A stretch of DNA of 57,066 bases from Bacteroidales bacterium (GCA_035354395.1 DAOQAX010000001.1:1-57066); one strand, 5' to 3'; counted from the first letter of the stretch, positions 36,601-45,991 are shown. Notes: generated by a model not told the origin, from the letters alone. Made by a program: numbers and translations.

Positions 36601-38784
36601 TGCTTTCAGACCCTTTCTCCCCTTCCATTGGCTGGAAAGGAGAATGTTCCAAAGAGAGGGGGTCGCCTGTAATATTGTCACATTATGTTCATCAATCAAA
36701 CCGGCCAGCGCTTTCCCGTCAACAATATCATTTTTCCCGGCAATTACCAGTGTAGCCCCGTTGGCAAGAGAGGTGAAAATCTCATAAACAGACATATCAA
36801 ATGCGGGAGTGACCACCGCCAGTAAAACGTCATCCTGGTGTATCCCGGGTTTTTTGGACATGCTGTTCACCATGTTGACTACAGCCCTGTGATGTACTTT
36901 TACCCCCTTGGGCCTGCCGGTAGAACCGGAAGTATAAATTATGTAGGCCAGCGAGTCTGCGGATATAGACGGGGAAGGATTTGAAGTGTTTTTACTCAGA
37001 ATTTCAGCCCAAACCCTGTCGATGTATATTACCTTCTTTTCATTAAATTCCTTAAACTTACCTTCCAGCGAGCTATTTGAAATAATAAATTTCGCATCTG
37101 CATCTTTGGTCATATACAGGATGCGGTCATCAGGGAATGAGGTATCAAACGGAAGATAACAGCAGCCTGATTTAAGAATTCCAAGAATCGTAACAATCAT
37201 ATCAGCTGAACGATCGATGCACATACCTATCGCATCACCCGGCCTGACACCCTGGGATTTAAGATACCATGCCAGCTGATTGGCCATTTCATTTAACTCC
37301 CTGTAACTTAAACGGGTTTTGTTGAAAACGACAGCTGGCTTATCCGGCGTTTTTTCAACCTGCCTTTCAACAAGTTCATGCAGCAGGCATTCCGGAAACA
37401 GAGAGTTGGTTTTATTAAATCCTTCAAGAAGTTTTATTTCACTCTCTGAAAGGATTGAAATCTCAGATATAATCTTGTCCGGGTCTCCCGTTAATTCTTC
37501 AACCAGATAAACAAGATTGTGCTTAAGTCTAACTATGGTACTGTTTCGAAGAATATCTGTATTATATTTTATCTCACCTTCAATAACATTCCCGTCTTCC
37601 CATATATAAATAGTAAAGTCAAATGGTGCAACATCATCCGGAACAAATATCCTTTCTGCAACGGCACCGTTAAGATCCATAGGAACAACAACACCATTTA
37701 TAGAGGATATGGTTACCTGGTAAAGCGGATTTACGTTTGATATTCTTTCAGGTCTTACTATTTCAACAATTTTTTCAAAGGAGAGCTTTGACTTTTTTAT
37801 TGCATTGGTTGCCACCTCCCTTACCTGCTTAACAAGGGAGAAGAAGTTATCCTTCTCCTGAAACCTTATTCTGGCTACGGCGGTATCAACATAATACCCC
37901 ATTGCATTTTCAAGAAGCCTGTTATTCCGGCGTTTTGATATAGGAATTCCAAAGCATATATCATCCTCACCGGTATATTTATTCATTAAGACACCAATGG
38001 CCGCAACCATTGTCATGTATAATGATGACCCGGCTTTTTCAGAGATATCTTTCAGCTTTGCTGTAAGAACTTCATCTATCTGAAAATGCTCTCTGTGTCC
38101 AAAACCCGAGGGCTGATTCCTTCGTGGAAAATCATAAGGGAATTTTAACAATGAAGGACAATCTTTCAGCGTTTCCTTCCAGTACTCAGTCAGGCTCTCT
38201 TCTTCCTCATCGCTTAAAGGCTCCTCCTGGTAAATATGCGGAGCACTGTAATCAGAACTATATTTACCTCCTCTGCCATTTACAACATCGGTATAAATAG
38301 TGCAAAAATCATGGGCAAACAGTCTTTCTGATCCACCGTCAAAAATGATATGTAAGATTACTACATGGAAGAAATAACTTGAATCATTTTCTTTAACCAG
38401 ATTTATGCTATAAAGAGGCCCCCTTTCAATATCAAAACGTATTCTTGATTTCTTTCCGAGAAACTCGAGTATCCGTTCCCTCCTTTCCTCTTCTGGAAAA
38501 CCTGAAAAATCTGAATACTCAGCACGTACATCCCGCGGGACAATTTCAATGTGTGGTATTCCATCAATCTGAGGGAATGTTGCAAACAGAATCGTATATC
38601 TTTTAAATAATATGCTTAAGCTTTCATTTAATGCGTCAATATTTACATCTCCTTTAATATTATAGGTCATGCGGATGTTATATTCAGGGTTGGTTCTGTC
38701 CAGCTGATTAACAATCCACAACCTCGTTTGAAGAGATGAAAGTGGATAATGTAAAAACTTTGCTATTTGTTTTTGCTCTCCCAT
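29338..38784 (-). CDS. Trimodular NRPS, (C-A-T)x3, no terminal release domain (NRPS-B)
   Basis: 3148 aa. C motifs LHIIFDGGS, HHIVFDGWS and HHIIFDGWS. Three A cores (YTSGSTGRPKGV x2, YTSGSTGKPKGV; YKTGDLGRF x3; LPNGKIDKKAL type). T motifs FFDAGGNSLLGI, FFNIGGNSLLAI and FFDLGGDSLKAV. The ORF ends about 40 aa after the last carrier Ser. Confidence 0.95.
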   Translation of the reverse strand: MGEQKQIAKFLHYPLSSLQTRLWIVNQLDRTNPEYNIRMTYNIKGDVNIDALNESLSILFKRYTILFATFPQIDGIPHIEIVPRDVRAEYSDFSGFPEEERRERILEFLGKKSRIRFDIERGPLYSINLVKENDSSYFFHVVILHIIFDGGSERLFAHDFCTIYTDVVNGRGGKYSSDYSAPHIYQEEPLSDEEEESLTEYWKETLKDCPSLLKFPYDFPRRNQPSGFGHREHFQIDEVLTAKLKDISEKAGSSLYMTMVAAIGVLMNKYTGEDDICFGIPISKRRNNRLLENAMGYYVDTAVARIRFQEKDNFFSLVKQVREVATNAIKKSKLSFEKIVEIVRPERISNVNPLYQVTISSINGVVVPMDLNGAVAERIFVPDDVAPFDFTIYIWEDGNVIEGEIKYNTDILRNSTIVRLKHNLVYLVEELTGDPDKIISEISILSESEIKLLEGFNKTNSLFPECLLHELVERQVEKTPDKPAVVFNKTRLSYRELNEMANQLAWYLKSQGVRPGDAIGMCIDRSADMIVTILGILKSGCCYLPFDTSFPDDRILYMTKDADAKFIISNSSLEGKFKEFNEKKVIYIDRVWAEILSKNTSNPSPSISADSLAYIIYTSGSTGRPKGVKVHHRAVVNMVNSMSKKPGIHQDDVLLAVVTPAFDMSVYEIFTSLANGATLVIAGKNDIVDGKALAGLIDEHNVTILQATPSLWNILLSSQWKGRKGLKALCGGEALTQSLVSQVLPKVAEFWNCYGPTETTVYASIGRVTDADAPIVIGKPLDNTKIFILDKNNMPLPVGVIGEVAIGGDCVTKGYNNLPDLTSQKFIPLNGQGIIYKTGDLGRFLEDGNIELFGRIDNQIKLRGFRIEPGEIETLIARLTGVREAVVKLQKFSEGDERLVAFINAEPDAEHSRDELISYLSQHVPGYMVPSYFRIMDGFPRLPNGKIDKKALVYETIESDQERTAEADFATLTETQKKIYSIWSSILKLQKLSISVDFFDAGGNSLLGIRLINQIWSEFGITINFRDLVANSTIAQLSAYLDKQVLGSAKPMDMVHLQESSGLPLTRNQKRIWLISQSEPDIPYYIIKSTYRLKGNLNTEVFEKSLNALFHRHHIVFSEIHEENGEPYFNISEKHITLPLIDFTSINEGEKLNSVADFLAEDSKLPFDLSRGPLFRVSLIKTAPDEHYFNLSIHHIVFDGWSQGVMVDDLSAIYNSLVKGEAPNLDAIEFQQYDYAGWETTVDDIADKTKSIEFWKTTLQGCSPILNFPYDFQRINKPTGRGSFEAISIPELLSDKIRSVSRDAGASLFTTLMAAFGIQMNKYSGDDDLNIGLPIAYRPHPGLENIFGMFVNTVVVRLQFEEGDTFKSLIRATNGSALSAIAHQDLPFEKVVEIVNPDRNSTANPLFQVGFVWQNNLNKPLTFEGITTESVRAKDRAPIFDLSLYLWENGDVIEGEIEYNSDLLRKETILRIRDSYIALINNLVTNPDKTISNLSVATENDIRELLEFNSTDAIIPEQTLHQELENISVKYHDKPAVISGVESLTYKQLDERSNQLANYLLSVGVKPGEIVGIYMERNVEMIVAVLGILKAGCCYLPLDPLFPGERLNFMLEDAGSKVMISQGSLAEAFDSFSGVSAILIDKDWNAISGFPVSRPEVTATPDSFAYIIYTSGSTGRPKGVPITHRSVVNLVKSMTVTPGFSEKERLLAVVTLSFDMSVYEIFTTLLNGATLVVASTQDITNGQSLIELIDNYDISVIQATPSLWNILLSAGWKGKSDLKALCGGEPVSPALIQQMLPRVSEFWNCYGPTEITVYATCTRINDPESVIHIGKPINNTRAFILDKNNNLLPLGAVGELCISGSGVAQGYRNRPDLTAEKFIEREDGVRMYKTGDLGRFLSDGNIELFGRADNQIKLRGFRIEPGEIEILLSRETGVREAVVKLQRFGEGDERLVAYLNTRPEFKLTRDELISHLSQQVPGYMVPSYYKMMDGFPRLPNGKINKKALLYEIEESEPLSETDLNALSETQKRLYNIWCAILKTSSIGVNDDFFNIGGNSLLAIRLVNKIREEFGVKIAFREIRSNSSFSGLADFIDNNISGKDDSFKLVHLPEMTNLPLTANQERLWLISKIDPDMPSYIIPYTFKLTGKLDIDIFRRSLDKLFKRHYVVYSVIKESNGTPYFEIVPKTIDLPVIDLKTQPEGKREERIRKLLDEDSMQVFNLAEGPMFRHWLAVTGAEEYYFHISFHHIIFDGWSWSVFVNDLSAIYHSFLTGAEPYLPELEFQEYDYAKWEHDTRDSERIRKSAEYWKKNLQGCSSVLNFPYDYQRKVQATNRGAHEEIFVPRELTQRLKEISRTEGVSLYTTLLSVYGIELHKYSGEDDLNVGLWVTNRPHSKLENIFGMFVNNVVARLIYSKEQTFRDILRFTHNMTMDAISHQDISFDKVVDIVNPERALNVNPLFQVVFAWQDNLGVPVRLDGIKSTQISNEERTTSFDIILSLWEADGCIHGLLEYNMDLINRNTAIRLKDAFIHVLETFVSAPDLSLAELSVISDNERKQLAEFNDTGVSMPDCVVHNLFEEQVDRNSRKIAVISEGLQITYKELNSKANQLAHYLISLGVKPGDAIGVSLERTAEMLVTVLGVLKSGCCYLPMDPSFPDDRLIYMFEDSGADILITQNSLKSKFVGISAEKRMILLDAERGKIDRCDSNNPDVVISNQSLAYLIYTSGSTGKPKGVKVHHQAVVNFLLSMKDTPGLTGEDRLLAVTTLSFDISVLELFLPISNGAQVVMASSENIIDGHALYKLLEKYDITVMQATPATWNLMIADGWTGKKNLKALSGGEAIVPSLVKELLARVGTLWNMYGPTETTVWSTCYRITDPEAPIIVGKPINNTTVHILDKNNKELPLGVIGEVAIGGLGVTKGYHNRPELNAEKFLQLDSKGLIYKTGDLGRFLYDGNIELFGRIDNQVKLRGFRIELGEIENQLNKIPEISDAVVKLCEIEENDLRLIAFVVPDARAELSKAKIIESISRELPSYMHPSLFQICKELPRLPNRKVDRKALKFNQSDLLDSEIETNETLSPMESAIYDIWCKILKHENISINDNFFDLGGDSLKAVTMISRIRSEFNVNLPLKIFLKAPRVKELAENVEALMQK

Positions 38785-38942
38785 GCTAAAAAATGATTTT
38801 TTAAAAGTTACACAAAAAATATTATTATGAACGATGGAAAATTTTAACTTCTATTAAATAGTTTCGCGTATTTACTACACATCTTAAAGAGACTGGAAGT
38901 GGTATAATCCATGACCTGCACTCTTATTGTCACAACCAGAGG

Positions 38943-40247
38943 TTACTTTTGCAGTAAAGATTCAACACTTTCAGCAAGTTCCTTAATCCTGGGTGCTTTG
39001 AGCAAAGCTTTCAGCGGTAAGTCAACCTTAAGTTCAGACTTAATCCTTGCCATTAGTGTTACTGCTTTAAGAGAATCCCCTCCCAGATCAAAGAAATTAT
39101 CATTGACTGAAATATTTTCATGTTTCAGTATTTTACACCAGATGCTATAAATAACTGATTCTGTAGGTGAAAGGACTTCGTTTATTTCGATATCACTATC
39201 CAGAAGGTCAGACTTGTCAAACTTCAGCGCCTTTTTATCTGTTTTCCCGTTTGGAAGACGAGGCAACTCTTTATAGACCTGGAATAAGGACGGAAGCATA
39301 TATGAAGGAAGTTCCCTTGATATTTGCTCAATAATTTTTGTTTTGGACAATTTCTCTTTAGTATCAGTAACGATAAAGGCGATCAATCTAAAGTCGTTCT
39401 CCTCAACCTTACAAAGTTTAACTACTACATCCTTTATTTCAGGCACCTTCATAAGCTGGTTCTCAATCTCGCCCAGCTCAATTCTGAATCCTCTTAGCTT
39501 AACCTGGTTATCAATCCTGCCAAATAATTCAATGTTGCCATCATAAAGATATCTTCCTAAATCCCCGGTTTTATAGACAATACCTTTGCTATCCAGCTGA
39601 ACGAATTTTTCAGCATTTAATTCGGGTCGGTTATGGTATCCTTTAGTGACTCCATCACCACCGATTCCCACTTCCCCAATAACACCGACAGGGAGCTCCC
39701 TGTTAGTATCATCCAGGATATAGACGGTAGTATTATTAATAGGCCGGCCAACCAATATAGGCGCTTCTGAATCTGTTATCTGATAACATGTTGACCATAC
39801 AGTTGTCTCCGTTGGTCCATACATATTCCATAAGGTCTTAACTCTTGGGATAAGCTTTTGGGCAAGAGTTGGGGTAAGTGCTTCTCCGCCACATAATGCT
39901 TTCATGTTTTTCTTTCCCTTCCAGCCTTCTTCCAGCAGAAGGTTCCATGTTGCAGGTGTGGCCTGCATTACTGTAATATCGTGCCTGCTAATGAGCTTTT
40001 CAAGCCGCTGGCCATCAGTAATGTCTTCTGGCACTGCAACAATAACCTGTGCTCCGTTTGACAAGGGTAAAAATATTTCCAGCACAGAAATGTCAAACGA
40101 CAACGTAGTAACGGCCAATAGCCTGTCTTCTCTGCTGAAGCCCGGATTTGTTTTCATACTGAGAAGGAAATTTACCACTCCCCTGTGATGAACTTTCACC
40201 CCTTTGGGTTTTCCGGTCGATCCTGAAGTGTATATTATGTAGGCAAG
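38943..40247 (-). repeat. Copy 2 of the duplicated A(core)-T segment (C-terminal 434 aa of the PKS-NRPS)
   Basis: See copy 1. Both segments start at LAY[LI]IYTSGSTGKPKGV and end at L[ML]QK-stop. Confidence 0.85.
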
Positions 40248-43200
40248 AAACTCAGGTGTCATCGTTACCTTTAAATTTCCAGCATTACCAGCATTGATCT
40301 TTGCTTTTTCTTCATCTGTAAAAACTTCCAACGACACTTTGAAGCCGCGTGCATTTTCTTTCAATGAGGATTGGGTAATGAGAACATTTGCCCCGGAATC
40401 TTCAATCATAAAAGCAAGCCTCTCTCTCGGGAAGGATGGATCCATCGGCAAATAACAGCATCCTGCTTTCAATATACCAAGTACTGAGACAATCATTTCA
40501 ACCGAGCGTTCCATATAGATCCCGACCACTTCACCAGGTTTCACTCCATGTGAAATCAGATATGAGGCTAACTTATCTGACTTTTCACTCAACTCTTTAT
40601 AGGTCAGTTTTGAATCTCCGCAAATAGCAGCTACTGAAGAAGGATATCTCTTCGCCTGTTGTTCAACAAGATCCTGTATAAGGCAATCCGGCAATGGAAC
40701 ATTTGTATGGTTGAATTCATTAAGCATCTTCTTGTCGTTATCAGATATTATTGAAAGATCAGAAATCTTCTGGTCGGAATTGTCAACAGCCGATTGAATC
40801 AATTCAATGAAATTTTCAACCATACTGGTAACAGTACTTTGTTTTAGTACATCAATATTATATTCTACTTCACCTTCTATCAGTTCTTCATTTTCCCATA
40901 GGTTAAAAGTCATATCAAGTGGAGACACGATCTCTTTCACCTCTACTCTTTCAGCACTAAAACCATTAAAATCAACCGGTTTAGCCGAATAAGTAATCCA
41001 CTGAACAGCCATCTGGAATATAGGATTAACATTCAGGAACCTCTCCGGCCGCACCAGCTCGACAATTTTTTCAAATGGTAATTCCTGATGGGTTAGTGAT
41101 TCCAATAAAACATTCCTGACATCCCTGATATAGCTTCGCAAGGTTTGGTCCCTGTCAATATTCAGTCTTATTGGTATAGTGTTAACAAACATCCCGAATA
41201 TCTTTTCGAGACTTGACATAGGACGGTTTGCCACATGTGTTCCGATACATATGTCCGTCTCTCCGGAGTAGCGGTGAAATAATATACCCATAAGCGAAAG
41301 CATCACAGCAAATGGGGTAGCATGTTCTTCCCTGGCAATCTTTTTTATTTTTGCAGTGACCTCAAGTGGAATTTGTATCCTCACCTTTTCTCCAAACCCA
41401 GAAGCAGTCTCCTTCCGGGGATAATCATATGGGAACTCTAATTTAGAAAGACAGCCCTTAAGAGAATTGATCCAGAAATCTTCAGATTCGCGGTTAAAAG
41501 GATTATCTCCTTCACGCTGAAGTTCTTCTGCATAATCAAGATAACATTCTTTAATGTCCTCTAGTTCCAGTTCCTTATTAAGGGAGAGGCTATTATATAT
41601 CGATTTTAAATCATTTAAAAATATGCTATACGACCAACCATCGAAAACCATATGATGGAATGTACAATGAAAGTAGTAATTCGAATCATTGAGTTTATAC
41701 AGGTGCAGCTTGTATAAAGGTCCGCTTTCAAGGTTAAAGCACTTTCGGGAAGCCTGTCCTATGGATTCATAAATCTCTTTTATGCTTCTCTCAATGTTTT
41801 TGCCTGAAAAATCATGCATCTCAACTTCAACAGGCTTAGGTCGGATGAAACAATAGGGAATGCCATCTTTTTCCTTAAACAAGGAAAAGACAATAAAGTG
41901 CCTGTTAAACAGAACATCCAGCGATTTCCTGAAGATATTGATATTTATTTCCCCGGTCAGCTTAAAAGTAAAGGGGATATTATATGCAGGATTTGCCACA
42001 TCCAGTTTTGATACAATCCAGATGCTTTTTTGCATAAATGATAGTGGATAATTCTCCAGATCAATCTTCTGGACAGATTTTTCAACCGGTTCAGGCTTCT
42101 TCTCTTCCAAACTGAATCCTGAACACAATTTATTTACTGTCGGATTGTCAAGAAATTCCTTTAATGTAACCTTTATTCCAAGCTCTTCTTTTAACCGGGT
42201 AATGATCTGCAGGGCCAGTAATGAATGACCACCTAACTCAAAGAAGTCATCATCAAAATCAATCCTGTCAATACCGATTAATTGCTTCCATATTAAAGCT
42301 ACTTTGTCAGCAATCGATGATGCGGCTAAAGTTGTCTCCTGACCTTCCGGTGACGATAAATCTTTGATAATGGGATTCCCCTTACTGCCTTCCGCAGCAG
42401 AATCATCTTCGTTAATTACTCCGGAGGGGCGGTAGTCAATCCAATGGCGTTTATTTTCAAATGGATATACAGGCAATGCCATTTTTTGCTGTTTGCCTTG
42501 TCCGTAAAATGCATTAAAGTTCACTTTATAACCGACATTAAACAAGTGCCCCAGAGCAGCAACAATCTTATATCGTTCATCAGCATTGTCAATCTTACCA
42601 AGAGTGCTGATAATTAGCTTTTTATCTTTAATATCACCTGACTGTTTTGCTAACGAACTTATATGAGTATTAGGACCTACTTCAAGGAAGACAGTTCCTT
42701 CATTTTTTGCAATTTCTGACAGCCCTTTACTAAAAAGAACTGTGTTTCTTAACTGCTGAGCCCAATATGCACCATCAGTAGCCTGACTGTTTGTTATATA
42801 ACTTCCGGTCAGGCAGGATATAAACGGTTTGTCGGGGTTTTTCAAACTAAACTGATTCACATAATCTGCAAATTCTGATAAAATAGGGTCAAAAGCAGCA
42901 GAATGGAAAGCGTGTGAAGTATTAAGCGGGATAAATGGTATACCGTTTTCTTCGAGTAGTTTTTGTACTTTTTCAGCGTTTTCAGGAGTAAAAGATATTG
43001 TGCATGCAGTTGAAGCATTGTCAGCAGCAATTTCAAAACATCCGGTCTTTAATGGCTCAAGCTTTTCAACATTAGCTCTTACTGCCATCATTTTTCCTGA
43101 TGGCATCCGGCCCATGAGCTGACCTCTTTTAATTACAATCCTTAAAGCCGTTGGCAGGTCAAAAACTCCGGCCAGACAAGCTGCGGAATACTCTCCAATA

Positions 43201-45071
43201 CTATGACCAATTAAGTAGTCAGGTTTGATGTCCAGCTCCTCCAATAATTTAGCCAATGCATACTCAATAATAAAAAGAGCTGGCTGTGCCAGTTCAGTTC
43301 TGGCTAAATTAGACTCTGAAGAATCAGTAATATCATTAAATATCAAAGACTTAATATCTTCATTTGTCTCTTGTCTGTATATTTCAAAACATTCATCGAG
43401 GATTTTTCTGAAGGACTGGTTTTTGTTGTACAAATCCATTCCCATTTGTACATACTGAGCTCCCTGTCCCGGAAACAGGAAGGCGATTTTTGAGGGTTGA
43501 CTCACCGCTCTCCCATCAGTAAATACATTTTGATCAGAAATAACATCCTTTACTTCAGATGCAACAGTAAAACTCCGGTATTGCATAAAGCTTCTTCCAT
43601 AGGCCAGAGTATTGGCAACACCGTTTATGTGAAGTTCTTTGCCTGCCTTTAAGAATTCAACCAGGTCCTGCTTGCGTTTGTCTAAAGAATATTCAGATTT
43701 TGCAGATAGCACTAACAATTGTGGCCATTCTGCCTTTGGTTCCATGGTCTTTTCCGGCACAGGTGGTTCCTCCACAATGACATGAGCATTGGTTCCGCCT
43801 ATCCCGAATGAACTGACTCCCATTATCATAGGCTCTTTCCTGGTCCATTCTTTAAGGTGATCCAGAACATAAAAAGGTGTATTTTCAAAGTCTATATGTG
43901 GGTTTGGTTTTGAAAAGTTCAGGCTTGCCGGGATTTTTTTATGATATGCAGAAAGGCATACTTTAATGAAAGAAGCAACTCCTGCTGCCACGTCAGTATG
44001 TCCGATATTGCTTTTGACAGATCCTATGCCGCAAAATTGTTTTCTGGTGGTTTTTCGCGAGAAAGCCTTTGTCAATCCGGCTATTTCAATCGGGTCTCCA
44101 AGCTGAGTAGCAGTTCCGTGAGCCTCAATATAGCCGATCTCATCAGGAGACACCTCGGCAAAGGCCTGTGCCATCATTATCACCTCTGCCTGTCCATCGA
44201 CACTTGGAGCTGTAAAACTCACTTTATTGTTACCATCATTATTAAGAGCCCATCCTCTCACCACAGCATAAATCACATCGCCATCTCTTTCAGCGTCTTC
44301 AAGCCTTTTTAAAACAACAGCTCCCACTCCGTTACCTGGAACCGTACCCTTTGCCATCGCGTCAAAGGGACGGCAGTAACCGTCAGGTGAAGGTATTGCG
44401 CCTTCCTGATAAATATACCCTGTCTCTTGTGGAATGGTAATACATACACCTCCTGCAAGACATATGTCCGATTCAAAGCTGTACAAGCTCTGGCAGGCCT
44501 GTGAAATTGCAACCAGGGAGGTGGAGCAGGCAGTCTGTACATTTATTGCCGGGCCTCTCAGGTTAAATTTGTATGCAGTCTTGGTTGAGATATATGAAGG
44601 GTCATTTCCGGTAGTTATTTGATAAGCATCAGGAGATCTGAATCTTATGAAATTTTCCATTTTTTTCTGACCTCTCAGTACATTATTAAGAAGATATGTA
44701 CTCATTGTTCCCCCGGCGAATACACCTATTGCACCTTTATAGCTGAATGGGTCGCAACCTGCATTTTCCAACGCCTGCCAGGCAGTCTGAAGCCATATCC
44801 TATGCTGAGGATCAGTCCCCGCAGCCTCTGCCGGTGTCATGCCAAAAAATGAGGCATCGAACTTATCAACATCATCAAGAATCCCTTTTGCCTTTACGAA
44901 ATCAGGGTTATTTTTCAGAAGATCAAAATTATATTCAAATTCTGCGAGTTCCTCGTCTGAAAAATGCCTGATAGTGTTTTTCCCGGATATCAGGTTGCTC
45001 CAGTATTCATCAAGGCTGTTGGCTCCCGGATATCTGCAGGCCATTCCAATAACAGCAATTTTATTAGGCAT
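38943..45071 (-). CDS. Hybrid PKS-NRPS: KS-AT-CP-C-A-T
   Basis: 2042 aa. KS: VQTACSTSLVAI, EAHGTATQLGDPIE, SNIGHTDVAAG. AT: GHSIGEYSAACLAG with HAFHS (malonyl-type). Carrier: FFELGGHSLLAL. C: HHMVFDGWS. A: YIIYTSGSTGKPKGV...YKTGDLGRY. T: FFDLGGDSLKAV. No KR, DH, ER or TE. Confidence 0.95.
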   Translation of the reverse strand: MPNKIAVIGMACRYPGANSLDEYWSNLISGKNTIRHFSDEELAEFEYNFDLLKNNPDFVKAKGILDDVDKFDASFFGMTPAEAAGTDPQHRIWLQTAWQALENAGCDPFSYKGAIGVFAGGTMSTYLLNNVLRGQKKMENFIRFRSPDAYQITTGNDPSYISTKTAYKFNLRGPAINVQTACSTSLVAISQACQSLYSFESDICLAGGVCITIPQETGYIYQEGAIPSPDGYCRPFDAMAKGTVPGNGVGAVVLKRLEDAERDGDVIYAVVRGWALNNDGNNKVSFTAPSVDGQAEVIMMAQAFAEVSPDEIGYIEAHGTATQLGDPIEIAGLTKAFSRKTTRKQFCGIGSVKSNIGHTDVAAGVASFIKVCLSAYHKKIPASLNFSKPNPHIDFENTPFYVLDHLKEWTRKEPMIMGVSSFGIGGTNAHVIVEEPPVPEKTMEPKAEWPQLLVLSAKSEYSLDKRKQDLVEFLKAGKELHINGVANTLAYGRSFMQYRSFTVASEVKDVISDQNVFTDGRAVSQPSKIAFLFPGQGAQYVQMGMDLYNKNQSFRKILDECFEIYRQETNEDIKSLIFNDITDSSESNLARTELAQPALFIIEYALAKLLEELDIKPDYLIGHSIGEYSAACLAGVFDLPTALRIVIKRGQLMGRMPSGKMMAVRANVEKLEPLKTGCFEIAADNASTACTISFTPENAEKVQKLLEENGIPFIPLNTSHAFHSAAFDPILSEFADYVNQFSLKNPDKPFISCLTGSYITNSQATDGAYWAQQLRNTVLFSKGLSEIAKNEGTVFLEVGPNTHISSLAKQSGDIKDKKLIISTLGKIDNADERYKIVAALGHLFNVGYKVNFNAFYGQGKQQKMALPVYPFENKRHWIDYRPSGVINEDDSAAEGSKGNPIIKDLSSPEGQETTLAASSIADKVALIWKQLIGIDRIDFDDDFFELGGHSLLALQIITRLKEELGIKVTLKEFLDNPTVNKLCSGFSLEEKKPEPVEKSVQKIDLENYPLSFMQKSIWIVSKLDVANPAYNIPFTFKLTGEININIFRKSLDVLFNRHFIVFSLFKEKDGIPYCFIRPKPVEVEMHDFSGKNIERSIKEIYESIGQASRKCFNLESGPLYKLHLYKLNDSNYYFHCTFHHMVFDGWSYSIFLNDLKSIYNSLSLNKELELEDIKECYLDYAEELQREGDNPFNRESEDFWINSLKGCLSKLEFPYDYPRKETASGFGEKVRIQIPLEVTAKIKKIAREEHATPFAVMLSLMGILFHRYSGETDICIGTHVANRPMSSLEKIFGMFVNTIPIRLNIDRDQTLRSYIRDVRNVLLESLTHQELPFEKIVELVRPERFLNVNPIFQMAVQWITYSAKPVDFNGFSAERVEVKEIVSPLDMTFNLWENEELIEGEVEYNIDVLKQSTVTSMVENFIELIQSAVDNSDQKISDLSIISDNDKKMLNEFNHTNVPLPDCLIQDLVEQQAKRYPSSVAAICGDSKLTYKELSEKSDKLASYLISHGVKPGEVVGIYMERSVEMIVSVLGILKAGCCYLPMDPSFPRERLAFMIEDSGANVLITQSSLKENARGFKVSLEVFTDEEKAKINAGNAGNLKVTMTPEFLAYIIYTSGSTGKPKGVKVHHRGVVNFLLSMKTNPGFSREDRLLAVTTLSFDISVLEIFLPLSNGAQVIVAVPEDITDGQRLEKLISRHDITVMQATPATWNLLLEEGWKGKKNMKALCGGEALTPTLAQKLIPRVKTLWNMYGPTETTVWSTCYQITDSEAPILVGRPINNTTVYILDDTNRELPVGVIGEVGIGGDGVTKGYHNRPELNAEKFVQLDSKGIVYKTGDLGRYLYDGNIELFGRIDNQVKLRGFRIELGEIENQLMKVPEIKDVVVKLCKVEENDFRLIAFIVTDTKEKLSKTKIIEQISRELPSYMLPSLFQVYKELPRLPNGKTDKKALKFDKSDLLDSDIEINEVLSPTESVIYSIWCKILKHENISVNDNFFDLGGDSLKAVTLMARIKSELKVDLPLKALLKAPRIKELAESVESLLQK

Positions 45072-45220
45072 ATTGTGGTGAGTTAATCTGAAAATTTAAA
45101 CGATCGCTGCTTTGCGATTTACATCAACTAAATATAAAAAATAAACTTAATTATGTGTCAATAAAGTAGTCGGTTTGAGACTAAAATCTGTTATTCCCGA
45201 ACCATAAAAAAATCAAAGTT

Positions 45221-45991
45221 TTATTGAGCGCTATATCCGCCATCAATGACTAAGCTCGACCCTGTCACCCATTTTGAAGCATCTGACAGTAAATAGACAG
45301 CGGCAAGGGCCACATCATCAGGATCTCCTATACCCAGGGGGTGCATCCTGGTTATTTCCTGAACTCGTTCATCCGAATATTTCGAGAACATCTTTTCAAT
45401 TAATGGAGTATTACATACTGCAGGCAGGATTGTATTAACCCTGATACCTGAAGGTGATAGTTCAAGTGCCATTGCTTTTGCCCCGCTGATAAGGGCACCT
45501 TTTGAACTGCAATATCCAATTTTCCCTACCTGACCAACCATGCCCATGACAGAAGCGATGAAAACCACAGACGCTTTATTATTTAACCCGCTTTTCCTTA
45601 TCAACTGCCGGCTCACTTCAAAACCTGCAATAACGTTTGTATTAAAAAGCATCTGGTAATCCTTTGGTTTCATCATATAAGCGGGCAGAGTCAGTTCATA
45701 TCCCATTGAAGAAATGAAGCCATCAATTTTCCCATATTTCTGAAGGGCATCTGCGACCATCTTCTCAACGACATCAAACTCGCACAGGTCACCAATATAT
45801 TTGCTGTGATCACCAGGCTTGAGCATCTCATATGTCTCCTGCAGCCGGTTTTCATCACGGCCTGAAATAAGCAGTGATGCTCCTGACATACTGCACCTGA
45901 CAGCACACTGTCTTCCTATGCCCGAAGAGGCTCCGGTTATGATGATTTTCTTCCCCGACAGGGAAAAAGGGCTCTCAGAAACAGATGTCAT
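45221..45991 (-). CDS. Short-chain dehydrogenase/reductase (FabG-like ketoreductase)
   Basis: 256 aa with ITGASSGIGRQ (TGxxxGIG) and catalytic YCSSKGAL (YxxxK). The start lies 1 nt after the upstream KASIII stop. Confidence 0.85.
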   Translation of the reverse strand: MTSVSESPFSLSGKKIIITGASSGIGRQCAVRCSMSGASLLISGRDENRLQETYEMLKPGDHSKYIGDLCEFDVVEKMVADALQKYGKIDGFISSMGYELTLPAYMMKPKDYQMLFNTNVIAGFEVSRQLIRKSGLNNKASVVFIASVMGMVGQVGKIGYCSSKGALISGAKAMALELSPSGIRVNTILPAVCNTPLIEKMFSKYSDERVQEITRMHPLGIGDPDDVALAAVYLLSDASKWVTGSSLVIDGGYSAQ

